The translations under genes were made by a program, and so were the position numbers. DNA of 64,000 bases from Botryllus schlosseri. Taxonomy: Eukaryota. Shown one piece after another: positions 37,553-50,310 of the stretch (position 1 is the stretch's first letter; each line of letters starts with the position of its first letter). A model generated the notes under the pieces. It was not told the DNA's origin and did no database searches. It saw nothing but the letters and a program-made list of their open reading frames with translations. The stretch is taken from assembly GCA_051294905.1 (NCBI GenBank), contig CM119373.1:3350001-3414000 (forward strand). The letters run 5' to 3'.

Positions 37553-39387
37553 CTTAAAAGATTGAACACATAATAATGCAACTATACATGAAAAATGATG
37601 TACTGTACCCATAAGTCAATGTAGTTATTAGAACTTTCTGGGGTACGGCTGTGCAGGATATTGGTTTGAAAATAACCGAAGGCAATAGGCTATATATATC
37701 AAGGTTGTAACCAAGTCACAAGGTTCCCGGTCACGAGTCAATCTCAGTAATTATAGTTTTGACCCGAGTCATTTTCAATTCACCGCCGAGTCAAGTCCGA
37801 GTCCACGTCGGCTAGTAGAGGGTCGAGTCCGGGTCACTATGAGTCGAGTCACTAATACGGAAAATGACACGACTTGGGTCAATTTGTGTATTGACTAGTC
37901 ATTACTAGAACAACAGGATAGCCCAATAGTTCAAAAGGGCAAGCATGTTTTGCTCCGGGGATATTTTCGACAATCATGGTAATCACAGGAAGTGGTTACA
38001 TCATCACCATCGAAATATCAATCTAATAACCTAATCAATTGCTGACAATGTATAGGATATGAAATCAGACGACGCAGGATAGGCTACATGTATTCAATGA
38101 GACAGTATTTTGCAATTCATGCCTACTTCAACCCAAGATACATCGTGGCATCTATGATCAGCCCCATCATAATACAAGCATCATTTTAACCAATCTCCGA
38201 ATGTCAAGCTCAGCAAAGCTATATTAGGACAGGAAAGTTCAACTATGTACCTTTTATGTGACCACAAAGATAACAATGCCAGTTCTACATCACATTAAAG
38301 ACAATTGGGTATTTTTGACTATACCTATTTCATTGAGCTTTGTGACAATGCTGTGAGTTGATCACAACTTCCTTTTCACCAATGTGCGTAGCTTTGGAGC
38401 CTACTACGTGTTTCGTATGCTGTGATACGGCCAAACGAGATTTCAAGGCTTCCACAGTGGAAAATAGTAGTAAAACTACAATTCTCACTGTTCAATTAAT
38501 TTTTGTGGCAAGGAGTGTATAATTTCAGTACTCGGACAATTATCTCCCATTACTCGACTTGATTCACTGGAAATAATGATTTGAGTACCGTACTCGAATC
38601 AATTGTCCTCAGCCCTAATTATGAGCTAGCAAATCTTCAGCGTACTCATCTACATTTGAAAGGTTTTCAATCAGAATGAGTCACAATAAAGCAGTCTTTA
38701 ATGAGAGGCTAGGGAAATGCTGTTGGAAAAATCAACATTTTAGAGAAAATAATAACGTCTGTGTTTGATGGACAATGATTTCATCAAGAAAATACCAGAT
38801 ATGGTAGCTTTGCAGTGAATAGAAACCATGATTTGAATCAAACACATGACACCACACATGATTTACATTAAAATATCAGTTTGAAATATTTAAATTAGAT
38901 GGATTATCATGGTTTACATGCCTCAAGGTTTCCTGTCTGAAGGACAGTTGCCTGTCATAGGCTATTTTTAGAGAGAGCTTATTGCTTTATTCATGCTTTT
39001 AAACTTCGACGATGAAGGAAATTATGGTGTGCGTGCTGTGATTAGCCAGAAGGCTATTTAAGGATTTGAAACTGGAATCTGGTTTAAACAATGAGATCGA
39101 TTGACAATATGTTGCCGGATTTGAAACAGTCCAGGTCAAGATTCCAAAACTTGCAGCAGTCCACAGATATCGACTTCCAACTGGATTAGTTAGTAATGTA
39201 GGCTACCCTAAAGAACATAGTCATAACGTTTGTTGGAGAAGAGAGCAGAAATTACTTCAACATCACAAGTCAAATGCCATGAGATTCTAATAGTAACACA
39301 ACATGCATGACGTCGAACATTTGACCAGAAGTATCCGTTATCAGCATTATCTGCCTCTGCACAGTTGAATCTGACAGACAAACTTAC

Positions 39388-39525
39388 CAACGCTTCCTTA
39401 CCCACAGTCAATATGGAAGTATACGCTTCTAGGTAAACTCGATCGGCAGATTTCACAATTTCCAACCCCTTCACTGTGATATCTTTAGCGTCGCCCAAAC
39501 CAAGACCAACCAGGTAGAACACCAT
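39388..39525 (-). CDS. DPH5: Diphthine methyl ester synthase, coding exon 1
   Basis: [51 protein letters not shown]. The six exons sum to 828 nt = 275 aa plus stop. Confidence 0.97.
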
Positions 39526-40617
39526 ATTTTTTAAATTTTATTATAATCTGACAAAAAATAAGACCAGCCTGTTCACATTGAGTCACAAACACTGCAGCAC
39601 ATACTTAATCTGGTTACCACAGATTGAACACCGGAAAGATAAATATATTTCAACTTCCATCACAAACAGTATACCGAATACAAGAATGCTTGACGGAATC
39701 AAAAGTACTTATGTAGCTTGTAAGACATTTGCTTGACCAGCAATTTCTCTTCAAATACGACACAGAATATAGAAACATTACACACATTTCCAAAGGCGTA
39801 ACCGCAAAGATGTGTACACTATTAATTTGAAGCATGTTCATTCGACATCAAAGTAGAATACGATTTAAGTTGATTGTATAAAGCTAGATCTTATACAGGG
39901 ATTGAAACATTCACAATAATTTCTGCATACTGCCAATTTTGCTTGTCAAAGTGTAACATGAAAATATTAAAGGTACAAACAGGTAAGGCAGCCTACATAA
40001 TACTCACGAGATATTCAAATTCTACAATGTATAATCATAATATATATCCATTTAGCATGTACAGTGTACAGTACACCACACAAAATATTGTTAAGACACT
40101 ATTAAATCGTGTACTTTGGAATATTTTTTGAAGATAGGACAGTTAAGTCGTAGAATAGTTTTAGAATTGGAAAGAGTAGAGAAGAATTGGCACTCCGATA
40201 CAGAGAATAAGGAGTTATAGAGTGTCATGAATTGCATAACGAACGAATTTGGGGTTTGAGTTCATGAACCTGCTATTTAACGCAATTCAAATGGTACTGA
40301 TCCTGGATAAATTTTTCACCACATCTACTCATCAACATGTTGTGGTAACAATGAAATTAAGTGAAACAAGTGAAATAGTCATAAATAACAAAGAATACAG
40401 TTACATTATAGCAGTAACTGGGCTTAAGAGAAGTGCTGGAGCTTGAGTCATGACATCACCGTGATATGTGTCTGTAAAGCAAGTTAACTTCGTATAGTTA
40501 CATTTACCAACTTTACTGCGGTCAAATATAACGCTTTCAATCAAGTTCATTATTCAAGCTATCACAGGATCTTTTACACATTAGTAGTAATTAAATAGTA
40601 TATTCATATTGAAATGA

Positions 40618-40661
40618 ACCCGAATATTTTCGGCTGACACTCGTCAGGGGTAATCGTCAGC
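40618..40661 (-). ncRNA. Minimal type I hammerhead ribozyme motif (inverted arm copy)
   Basis: Exact reverse complement of 41055-41098. Confidence 0.75.
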
Positions 40662-41054
40662 AACTAGTAGAGAATTGGAAAGAACATTGTATATCAACAA
40701 TCGTATCACAAAATATGACGTCACCAGCATGAAATTTCGAATAAGAGAGCGTTCAATGTACTATTTTTAGGTGTGCCATCGGCAAACATCTGTTGGAGAA
40801 TCCGATTTGTGCGAATAATTATCGAGACGACCGATTTCGAATCGTAGGTCGAGGCCGTTCACAATTCCATTTGTGTGCCTTGGAATCAACTTTTATCAAA
40901 ATACACCAACCAAAACTCTGTCAACAAAAGGAGTTCGTGTATCACCTAAAAATAGTACATTGAACGCTCTCTTATTCGAAATTTCATGCTGGTGACGTCA
41001 TATTTTGTGATACGATTGTTGATATACAATGTTCTTTCCAATTCTCTACTAGTT

Positions 41055-41098
41055 GCTGACGATTACCCCTGACGAGTGTCAGCCGAAAATATTCGGGT
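41055..41098 (+). ncRNA. Minimal type I hammerhead ribozyme motif
   Basis: ACCC-CTGACGA-GTGTCAGCC-GAAA-ATAT-TC-GGGT: full catalytic consensus, 4-bp helix I, palindromic AATATT helix III. Confidence 0.75.
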
Positions 41099-41474
41099 TC
41101 ATTTCAATATGAATATACTATTTAATTGTATATTGAAGTTCTGTACCTCCAAGAAGCTCTTCAAACATTAGTAGTAGTTTCATTCACACATCACAGTAGG
41201 CCTACCATCCACTATCTCCCCAATATCAACAATGTATTGTTTGCACAACTAAATTAAGGTCAGGACTCTGTGAGTACAAAACATAACAAAAGACAGTTGA
41301 ATCTTAAGTGCTCATATAAATCAGGCACTTGCGAGTCAATAAAAGGTGAAGCCACACAAAGATAATTCGCAAAAGTACACAAACATATTTTGTTGGTGGT
41401 GTGGTGCATGCCGGCCAGGGCCAGCGGCATATGTAAATAAAATACAGTAGTAATGAGATTGTTACCATTTCATA

Positions 41475-41808
41475 ACCTGGGCCAAATATCCAGTGAAATA
41501 TGTAGTCTGACGCCAGTACAAGGAAACAGTCTATTGAGATGCCTGTTATCTATTCAAAATAGTATATTAAAGACAACATAGTATTTTATTACTCATTTCC
41601 ATGCTATTCTTTCAGGGTAGCATCCATTTAACTTATATATACATCGACCTGGGCCAAATGTCCAGTGAAATATGTAGTATGACGCCAGTACAAGGAAGCA
41701 GTCTATTGAGATGCCAGAAATCTATTCAAAATAGTATATTAAAGACTACATCCTCATTTCCATGCTATTCTTTCACGGTAGCATCCATTCAACTTATATA
41801 TATATCGA
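41475..41808. repeat. Tandem duplication of a ~165-170-bp unit
   Basis: ACCTGGGCCAAAT.TCCAGTGAAATATGTAGT...AACTTATATATA.ATCG occurs at ~41475 and ~41647. Confidence 0.85.
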
Positions 41809-43364
41809 CTTTCAATTAAATAAAAGGGCAAAAGAAAACAGGGAACAAAAGAACATCAAGATAATCAGTTTTGGGCCCTTGTTCAGTGCCTCCAGCGTGG
41901 GCGGTCATGGGCATCTTCGAGCAACAGCCCACGTTGCGCTAGCCCGAGCATTTAACTTACACCAACTGTGGTCATACATCATACTTAATTTTGAAAACGG
42001 GTATCATATCTAGGAGCTTATTAGATCATAATTGGTGAATTCCGGCTTCAGGTTGGAAAAAGGGCAATTTCTCCATGAACATTAATCGCGATTGATCATA
42101 TGCCGTCAGATTCATAAATGGGAAATGATAATGATGATGGGAAATGATGTCTACTGACAAAAGGGAAATAAAGTAGGGTAGCCAAGTTCAAAATAACGTT
42201 CACAAACTCTCATTGATGATAACACAGTCAATGACTTGGGCAAGGCAGAATTGAAAATTAGGACGGTGGGCTTATTTTGCATCATTGTTACACTGCCATG
42301 GTTATATTGTGATATTGTGATGCAATACAGGACGGATAGCTCCAGATACGATTTCTCATGCAAAACTACTGACAAATTTTGAATGTTTGCAGTTAAATTG
42401 CCACGGCAGCATCAAATATTTGAATCAGAAGAAGGAAAATGTCTTATTTGCAGATTTCATCAATCCTCACTCTAGTTACGTAAACTAGGAGCCCACACAC
42501 CTATCAGTGGTGATTTTCTACACTAAAACCCAAGTAACCTCACCCCTCAAGGCCCAAATATTTTAATTGAAACAGAGCGGGTCTGCTTTAGAAAACAGTC
42601 CTACATTCATACGTCATTTGGAACAGTAGCATCACATCCACTCCATAGTTTAAATTCCAAGTTCTTACACCCTATTGCAAAATACATGAAATCATAGAAA
42701 TCTATAGTACAGAACGCATGGGATTGTCAGGTATTTCAATACCATGCAAGATCAAGTCATAATGATTAAAATACTGAGTCTGGGTAAGTCTTTGGTTGAT
42801 TACGTTTAACTAAGGTAGAAATTAAGAAGGATACAGAAGAGAAAAGATCTGAAATCTCTTAGATTATAGCTATGAATAAAAAGATCAGTGCAACTGATTG
42901 CAGAGGTGGCTAGTCAAGTAATAAAGCAGTTCTACTTCATTACGTACTCAAGACGGTTTCGTCTGCTTCGGCCACCTTTGGCCAATTGTCAACATAATTT
43001 AGTAACTCGGGCCCAAGTTGGGAGAGAGGTCTCAAAAAATCCATGCCCCAAAACCGATGACTATTTTGCTCATTTCAATAATTACTCAAGCATAAGACTG
43101 AGGCATCCACGTCTAGTTCAAGTTTAGTCCATTCAATACGAATGCTAGAAGGCATATTATTAGTATTTATAAATCGTTTGGGTTGTTTTTTTTTCAACTA
43201 AAAAAGGGTTCAACATGAAGTAAGTCATGCTACATACTTGAGTGACTCTTCTAGGCAAGTTATTTCTTCATATCTACGTCATGGCCTTTCAAGAGTAGAG
43301 ACATGATGTACTGCAGTTCAATAGAAGGGAATCGGGAAGTAGCTAAGGATACTCTACTCAAAGC

Positions 43365-43673
43365 TAGGGCTGAGCACAATGATTTGAGTGCTCGAATCTG
43401 AATGGAGTATTAACTTTAATGATTAGCCACTAACAGCTATACATCAACGAGAATCATAGTTTTGATTCTACTTTCCACAATGGAAGACTGTAAACCTCGA
43501 TTGCTGTATCGTAATATCATAATGTGATGTAATTTTAATTGTATACTCTATCGTCTCACAAAGTTTACATAGTATTATGACATCATCACCAGTGATACTC
43601 GGAATACTCCACCCGAAGCTTCATACTCAATTCAGATTCGAGTCGCGCAGACACTCAATTTTGCTCGGCCCTA
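43365..43673. mobile_element. hAT-type MITE (TAGGGCTGGGCA / GAGTACTCGAATC family)
   Basis: TAGGGCTGAGCA / TGCTCGGCCCTA. TSD CTCAAAGC/CTCAAAAC. Relatives at 49919-50310, 61427-62503 and ~38200-38617. Confidence 0.8.
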
Positions 43674-44074
43674 CTCAAAACTGATCAGTTCAGTGCATTC
43701 TAAAAGAGCATGCTGAATATCGCAGAAGAAACATTCAGGACAATAACAGAACAATCTATAGAAATATAGACATTTGAAGACAAGAAGATAAAATCGATAA
43801 ATTAGTAATAGAATTTACACATAATCGCACTTGACAATATAATACACACGCCGCATTGTTAAAAAATGTTTGGCTCCACAAAATTCACCACGGTTTTGGG
43901 TATTTTGTTACTGGCGTGTAATGCCGTAATCCACAATGTGTAAAAGCGTACATCGTTTCGTTTCTGCGATTAATCAAAAAACTGTCCCAATTCAGGTTGA
44001 TGTGGCTCTTGAAAACGATCGTAATAGGAGCATAACATTTGCTGCCAATTTCAAATAGATGTGCCGCATGTAAT

Positions 44075-46039
44075 CTAGTAATTAAAATGAGGACTAGGTC
44101 GGCGCTTAGGTGGGTCGTCACGACGCATGTAGATTGCACTCAAATTACACCCCCTACAAGCCCTTTCGTAGGCATCCAAGTCTTTAATATACCAAACCGG
44201 CGGCCAGCGTAACGACTGTACACGTCTCAAATTACAATCGGACAGACACTTCATAACTTTCTTGCATTTTTTACACACATCGTTATAGTTAGTGGCAAGG
44301 AAATAAACACACCATTTGGCAAGGTTGGGCGCGTTGTGGATGTGCGCTACTTCGAGCATGCACAGTACGTTCTCGTACAGTTCTCTGTCTATGCAGACAG
44401 CTGCTTTTTCGTTAAATTTCTTCACGATGTAAGCCTCTACGATAAGCACCAATTCAGGAAGGCAAAGTCTGTTAGCGAGCGCAATGATATCATCACAAGC
44501 GTTTCCAAATTCGATCGCAATTGAATTGGTGTCGACTGCTTTGGTGTAGATGTATTCAAACGCAATTTGTAAACACTCGACTGTAGTTTCAGGGAAGTTT
44601 AAAGCCTTGTTTCCCTTCTCAACGAAATCACTGAGCAACATAGCGCTCATCATATCAGAGCCGCACACCAGCAAAGCCTTGTGGGCCGGTAAGCTGCCGT
44701 TATCGGCAACAAACACAATGTCAGAGTACAGGTCTTTGCACAGGAACATAGCGTTCAATCTGTTCTTTCTTAGCACGTCGAATTTTTCGGTAGGCAAAAT
44801 TTTGTCAGGACGTTCGACATAAATCCATTCAAGCGCCTCCACAAAATGCGTAACGCCGAATGCCGTGCCGATCGTCAATAACTCAGAACGTTGGTGATTT
44901 TCTTCTAACCGTGTTCCGTGTGAGATGTCGCTTTGAAACGATCCAGTGTAGATAAAATGCATGACGCTCAAGAAAGCGAATTCTGTAATATCCGCGGTTA
45001 ATATGAGTACGTCTGATTCTGCATTGTGAAATTCGTATCCCACGACAAATTCTGGATAGTCCGAGTCTTGGAAAGTGGATTTGCCTTTGAAATTATCACC
45101 GTCTGGGTTGTGATTCGCGTCTAAAATCGTAGTTTTGGATCGAATTTCAAAAATTCGATGAAAAACGTCTGACGCTGCAGCCAGCACTACTTTGTGTGCC
45201 GAAAATTTAAAATTTTCGCCCACGATACGCAAGTCGGAAGCCACCGAGTTTTTGTACAAGCTTCCAAAATTAACGGGAGCGTCCTCTACTGCTGGGCACG
45301 GAGGTGGAGACGGCTTCGGTGGCTCCAATGGTTTTTGAAACAAAGGCCTGTTCAGTGTCGGCCGTGAAAACGAAGAGAATAGTCCCCGTGCCGGTACGCA
45401 TACGCGTAACACATTTTCAAATACATCTCTAACGCCGAAACCTTCGAGTACGCTGACTTCGTAGTACGGCAACCCCATGTCTTCGGCAAAATTCCTACAA
45501 ACTTCAGGGTATAGGATGTCGCAGGCTTCCAATTTTTTTGATACTGATGCTTTTTTGCGGTTAATATCATCTAAATCGGCATACCTTAAATCGATCTTAC
45601 ATCCGACTAGGATAATCGGTGCTTTTTTACAATGTTTACGAACTTCAGGAATCCAAAACGACTTCACGTTTTGGAATGATTTCGGATCACCTACAGAAAA
45701 ACACACAACAACGCAATTAGCTTGCCCGTACGCGAACACGCGGTTCTTATTATGGTCGCCAAAAGTATCCCACAGTCTCAAAGACACTCTCCATCCGTCC
45801 AGAGTTTCTCTCGAGTATTTGAGCACTAGCGGATCAGTGCGGTAATGGTCAAGAGCCCATACTGTCGGAACGTGAATCTTCAGATAACGTAAGTGGTCAA
45901 CTTTTGATGCGTAGCTTTTGTAAGCGCGAGCACACACTAATTTGGTTTTGCCGACATTGTTGTCGCCGACCACTACGCATTTTATTGTCTCCTCGTTGGC
46001 GTTATCCATGTTTCGGAATTTCCCATCTAGGTAGTGCAT
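44075..46039 (-). CDS. RHOBTB: Rho-related BTB domain protein (RhoBTB1/2-like), single-exon CDS; the start may be the second Met at 46009
   Basis: Atypical Rho domain (GDNNVGKT, VPTVW, LWDTFGDH, GCKIDLR), proline-rich linker, two BTB domains (SAHKVVLAAAS, PAHKALLVCGS) and C-terminal RWPPVWY. Confidence 0.95.
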   Translation of the reverse strand: MHYLDGKFRNMDNANEETIKCVVVGDNNVGKTKLVCARAYKSYASKVDHLRYLKIHVPTVWALDHYRTDPLVLKYSRETLDGWRVSLRLWDTFGDHNKNRVFAYGQANCVVVCFSVGDPKSFQNVKSFWIPEVRKHCKKAPIILVGCKIDLRYADLDDINRKKASVSKKLEACDILYPEVCRNFAEDMGLPYYEVSVLEGFGVRDVFENVLRVCVPARGLFSSFSRPTLNRPLFQKPLEPPKPSPPPCPAVEDAPVNFGSLYKNSVASDLRIVGENFKFSAHKVVLAAASDVFHRIFEIRSKTTILDANHNPDGDNFKGKSTFQDSDYPEFVVGYEFHNAESDVLILTADITEFAFLSVMHFIYTGSFQSDISHGTRLEENHQRSELLTIGTAFGVTHFVEALEWIYVERPDKILPTEKFDVLRKNRLNAMFLCKDLYSDIVFVADNGSLPAHKALLVCGSDMMSAMLLSDFVEKGNKALNFPETTVECLQIAFEYIYTKAVDTNSIAIEFGNACDDIIALANRLCLPELVLIVEAYIVKKFNEKAAVCIDRELYENVLCMLEVAHIHNAPNLAKWCVYFLATNYNDVCKKCKKVMKCLSDCNLRRVQSLRWPPVWYIKDLDAYERACRGCNLSAIYMRRDDPPKRRPSPHFNY

Positions 46040-48061
46040 TAACCGTAGGGCGTAGGCTAACGGATAGAAGGCATCTGTATGACAGAGAGATAAAAAGAAA
46101 TATATTGATCATTAAATTCACCATTAAACAGTTCTGAATAGTTTGAAATAGATGAAAAGCTGCACCCAGTTCTGAACTTCACGTTAACATGCATTTGCAG
46201 TGACTCACTGGGATACCGGTACAGAACTAATTTACTAGTAAATAGTTGAAAAATATATCCCTAGGAAGACTATATTGTAAGACTGCTACACCGTCTTTCT
46301 TCAGGGCTCCCATATAGCGTCCCAGTGCACTCCATACCCTCTGTCCGACAGTCCGAGTAGTTCTGCCCCTTCGAAATCAAAATCGCCCCCTGGTCTGATG
46401 AAAATTTGAATAAAATGACTTTGACTATAAAATGAGACACAGACTAAGCGTCCTTGTTTAGGTTACAGCATCACTGTCGAGTTCTCACTTCCTTCTATTT
46501 TCAGCAGACTCTCAATATAGTCAATTGTCTGACAAAAGGCCAGGACAGATACGGTAAGCCTCGTGATTCAATATACAGAAATAACGCAGCTAATGTAAAA
46601 ATGCAGGCTGCAATATGTTAAGTCCTATGAAGCGTTCATGAGATAACATTATATGCTGAGAGGATAAACTTCCAGCTGGTAACGGGTCTGAGCGACTAAT
46701 GGCGAGACACGACTTAGGTTGTATTTATCTACCACACGAGCACAAGCCAACATGCCGGAATCGCACACGAATTGCTGATTTCGTAAACAAAAAGCTCTGA
46801 GCATACTCGAAGACGTCATCGCATGAAGGGGGCGGTTCATGGGCGTCCATCCTCTTCCTGGACTTGAACACCAGATACAATTTGTTAGGGCCGTGTTGAC
46901 TGTTGAGTGTTGTTATGCTCGCCATGGAGGCACATCGTCTGATACAAGTATTGCACTACTGAATCGACAAGTTTCCATCATTGTTTACTTGTACAAACTA
47001 CCAATTTATTTATAGTTGATGGTCAGCTGTAACTCCTGTCTTACAATAGCCTTAACAGCTTGTGTGGAAAACCGATCCGATGAAATTAAAATGAATGAGT
47101 TGCTTCGAAATTCAATTTGATATTTGTTGAGTTTTAGTTAGTTAGTTGCGGATTTTAAACGTCGTTAATTCCAGTTCTCGCTTTAGTTGCGAGTTTTGAA
47201 AATCCAGTAGCATCAGATCAGTATCACTTTTACTAATAATCTCATCATTTCAAAACACCACACGACTGCGATGCGATAGGAAGATGCCGTCTGCCGTAGT
47301 ACACGCATACTTTTTGTGAAGGCTATATGGTACAAGTGAGTTATATAGTGGTTGATTAATTTATGAGCAGGATACACCTTCACAAACACATATTTAAATA
47401 GTATATTCATATTGTAATGAACCCGAAGAGAAGGCATAGCAATTTACAATGTAGCTTCGTTATAAATGGCTATGGAGAAGGTTTCATACGTTAGGTTTCG
47501 TTGATGTACTTTCGCTGCTTGTTCTTAGCAGGGCATGGTATGGTATGGTATGGAACGAGAATTTTCCATACTCCATACTTGCCTTACTCTCTCCATACCA
47601 TACTTGCAATTTTCCATACCATACCAACATTGTTCCATACCATACTTAATACATATATTCCATACTTTCGAATACTTCAATATCATAAGTGTAGTACCTT
47701 TTCTCACACATATATTATTGATATTTCGGATGTCGTTATCGCTTAAACTAGCCATGATGCGAATCTAACTCCTGGTAATAGTTTTACAGAGTCTGTTTTG
47801 GTGAGGTTTAGTTCACAGTGGTGAGGTGCCGTGTACCTCCTCTACTCGACAGCTTCCGCGAGCAAAATGAGATGGTCAGCAGATTGTTATCTAGGAATGT
47901 CCACAAAAGGGACTGACAACATACGGCCCGCACCGAGATTTTGTCCGGCCCGTGACCAGTTTCCCGTCTTACATGATCATGTGGCCCGCGGCCCCAATCT
48001 GCCGAGATTCCCCACTAGTTGCCTAAACATCAAATTTTAGTGACTGCATGTTATTATATAG

Positions 48062-49005
48062 CAGTGGTCGGGAACCTTTTTTGTCCGAAGAGCCCTATTG
48101 GCCCTATCTTACCCCATCTCGACTCCCAAAGAGCCATACATGCCAATTAATTGTGACGTCACAATTGGAAATTCGTGACGTCATGGCAGCATTAATTCGA
48201 ACTCACTACATGGGATTCCTCGTATGCGCCATATTTTCTCTATAAAAACTGGTATTTATTGTTCGAAAATAAAGCTCGAAACGAGAGGTAAGGCACAGAC
48301 GGGCCAAAGCCTCGCCATTGATAACGCAATTCATCGTAAGTAGCTTGGAATTTATTATAACTGATATTAATCGAGTGTCACTGTCACACTGATTCCGAAA
48401 ATCTAAATACTTATCGATTTCTCAATTCTCAAAGTATTCGGCGGTTACATAACGTTGCGCTACACGCATACATTTTATCGCCGGTAGTACACCGAGTTAT
48501 ACTAACTAATCAAGAACGTGGATAGCTATGGCGTGGTTTGTAATTCGAGTTAGTAATTGTGAATGTCACATGGATGTGGATCCACAACAGTTCATTTCGC
48601 GCCGTGTATCAGGAAGACAATGTTGATTCGAAAACTGCGTTTTGAAATGGGCGTCGCCATGTCTACTATGCTCTTTGATTAACCAACGTATCGCACAATT
48701 CAAGATTTCGAGTCGGGTACATAGAATTCGCGAGTGATATTGGCCGCCAGCCTGGCAGTAACTTAAATTTGATGATTTTGAAAAGAGGGGTTTGAACCCC
48801 TAAATTTGCAGACGGCATTGTCTTTCCCCCTCAAAGACATGTTTATACTGCCACGAGAAAAATTATTCTGGCCGTGATGAAAATTTACAAACAAGTCGCT
48901 GCAATATTTATCAATTCAGTACAAAACTTAATATTTGGCAAAGAGCCATATCTTATACCCAAAAGAGCCATATATGGCTCGCGAGCCATAGGTTCCCGAC
49001 CGCTG
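48062..49005. mobile_element. hAT Charlie-type non-autonomous element, nested in an older GGCCCG-repeat element (~47908-49439)
   Basis: CAGTGGTCGGGAACC / GGTTCCCGACCGCTG. TSD TTATATAG on both sides. Confidence 0.9.
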
Positions 49006-49918
49006 TTATATAGGTCTGCGCACTGCGCGAGAGTGGAGCTTACGGGTAAGTTCTTCGAAGCGAGAAGACTTGCATTATCGGCATTTACGATGTAGGCCCT
49101 ACTCAACCCTAATGAATTGATATCTTGGTAAATTTTGGGTAAAGGGGCTTATCAAACGCTTTGAAATCTTAATTGAGGATTGCACTGCGAGTTAGTTGAT
49201 CATAGAGAAGCAGACATGGCGGCGCCTGTATGTCAATGCTGTTCTCAAATCCACATTGTATTTTCATCATTGGCGAGAAATGGCTTTGAAGTGACGTTGC
49301 TGTCGATAAAATACATTCAATAAATACGATTTATTCCTTGTATATATGGGCGAATAATTTATCCATTCAGCAATCCGGCCCGCCAAGTACTTAATTTTCC
49401 TATATCCGGCCCGCCGACTAAAGAAGTTGCACGCCCCTGCTCCATAAGAATATCATCGTATTTCCGGTACATTGGCATGAGGCACATATATAGGCTATGC
49501 AAGTTTGAAGTAAATACTCGCAAAATAATTTATAATTAGGCGCACCCATAAAATATCCCAGCTGCAGGCGATCAATACTGCAGCGATCTGCGCGATTATT
49601 AGTACATATTTGGTTGGGGTTAGTGTGGCGAGAATTTCAAACTAGAAATACCCCGCTCCCTGATCTATAATCCTAATGCGAGAGCGTTTGAGATATGACC
49701 AATAAGATATCTCGGTATGTAAATAGTATAAATGTGCGGATAATGTTTCAGAAGAAATGTAATTATCAATCACATTGAGCATTAAGTAGGCCTAAGTTGC
49801 ATCATGATTGCTTGTAAGCTCTCGTCGCTCAAGGAATGAGGTAGTTGGAGGAGCCAACATTACCAATTACTACGTCACATGACAGACTACTTGCTCGGAG
49901 ACGTTGTGTCTACTAGAC

Positions 49919-50310
49919 TAGGGCTGGGCAAAATCGAGTACCTGAGTGATTCGATTCTGAATCACGTAATATGCTTCGAGTCGAGTCGAGTAATCGAGTA
50001 TCACTCATTATGACGTCACAGCAGAATGCACTATGTCGAAGTTCAAATATGTACCTTTTATGCCGTGGCTACTTTTATGTCGTAGCTTTAAACTATGTCT
50101 GGTATGGTGCGACACGGCCAATCAAGGTTTCAAGGCTTCCTCAGTGGAAAATAGTATCAACATTATTATTACCATTAGTAAATTAACTTTTAGTTGCGAG
50201 GAGCGTATATTTTCAGTACTCGAAAAATTAGTCTTTTACTACTCGACTCGAATCATTAGAATTAATACTCGATTCAGATTCGAGTACTCGAATCATTGTG
50301 CCCAGCCCTA
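49919..50310. mobile_element. hAT-type MITE (TAGGGCTGGGCA family)
   Basis: TAGGGCTGGGCA / TGCCCAGCCCTA. TSD TACTAGAC/GTCTAGAC. Confidence 0.85.

Larger units (their letters stand above)
40590..41164 (+). mobile_element. 5'-truncated Penelope-like element: inverted pLTR, GIY-YIG C-terminus, pLTR with 37-nt tail
   Basis: 185-bp inverted arms at 40589-40773 and 40943-41127. Frame 40775-40963 encodes AIGKHLLENPICANNYRDDRFRIVGRGRSQFHLCALESTFIKIHQPKLCQQKEFVYHLKIVH*. Direct repeat ACATTAGTAGTA at 40578-40589 and 41165-41176. Confidence 0.9.
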
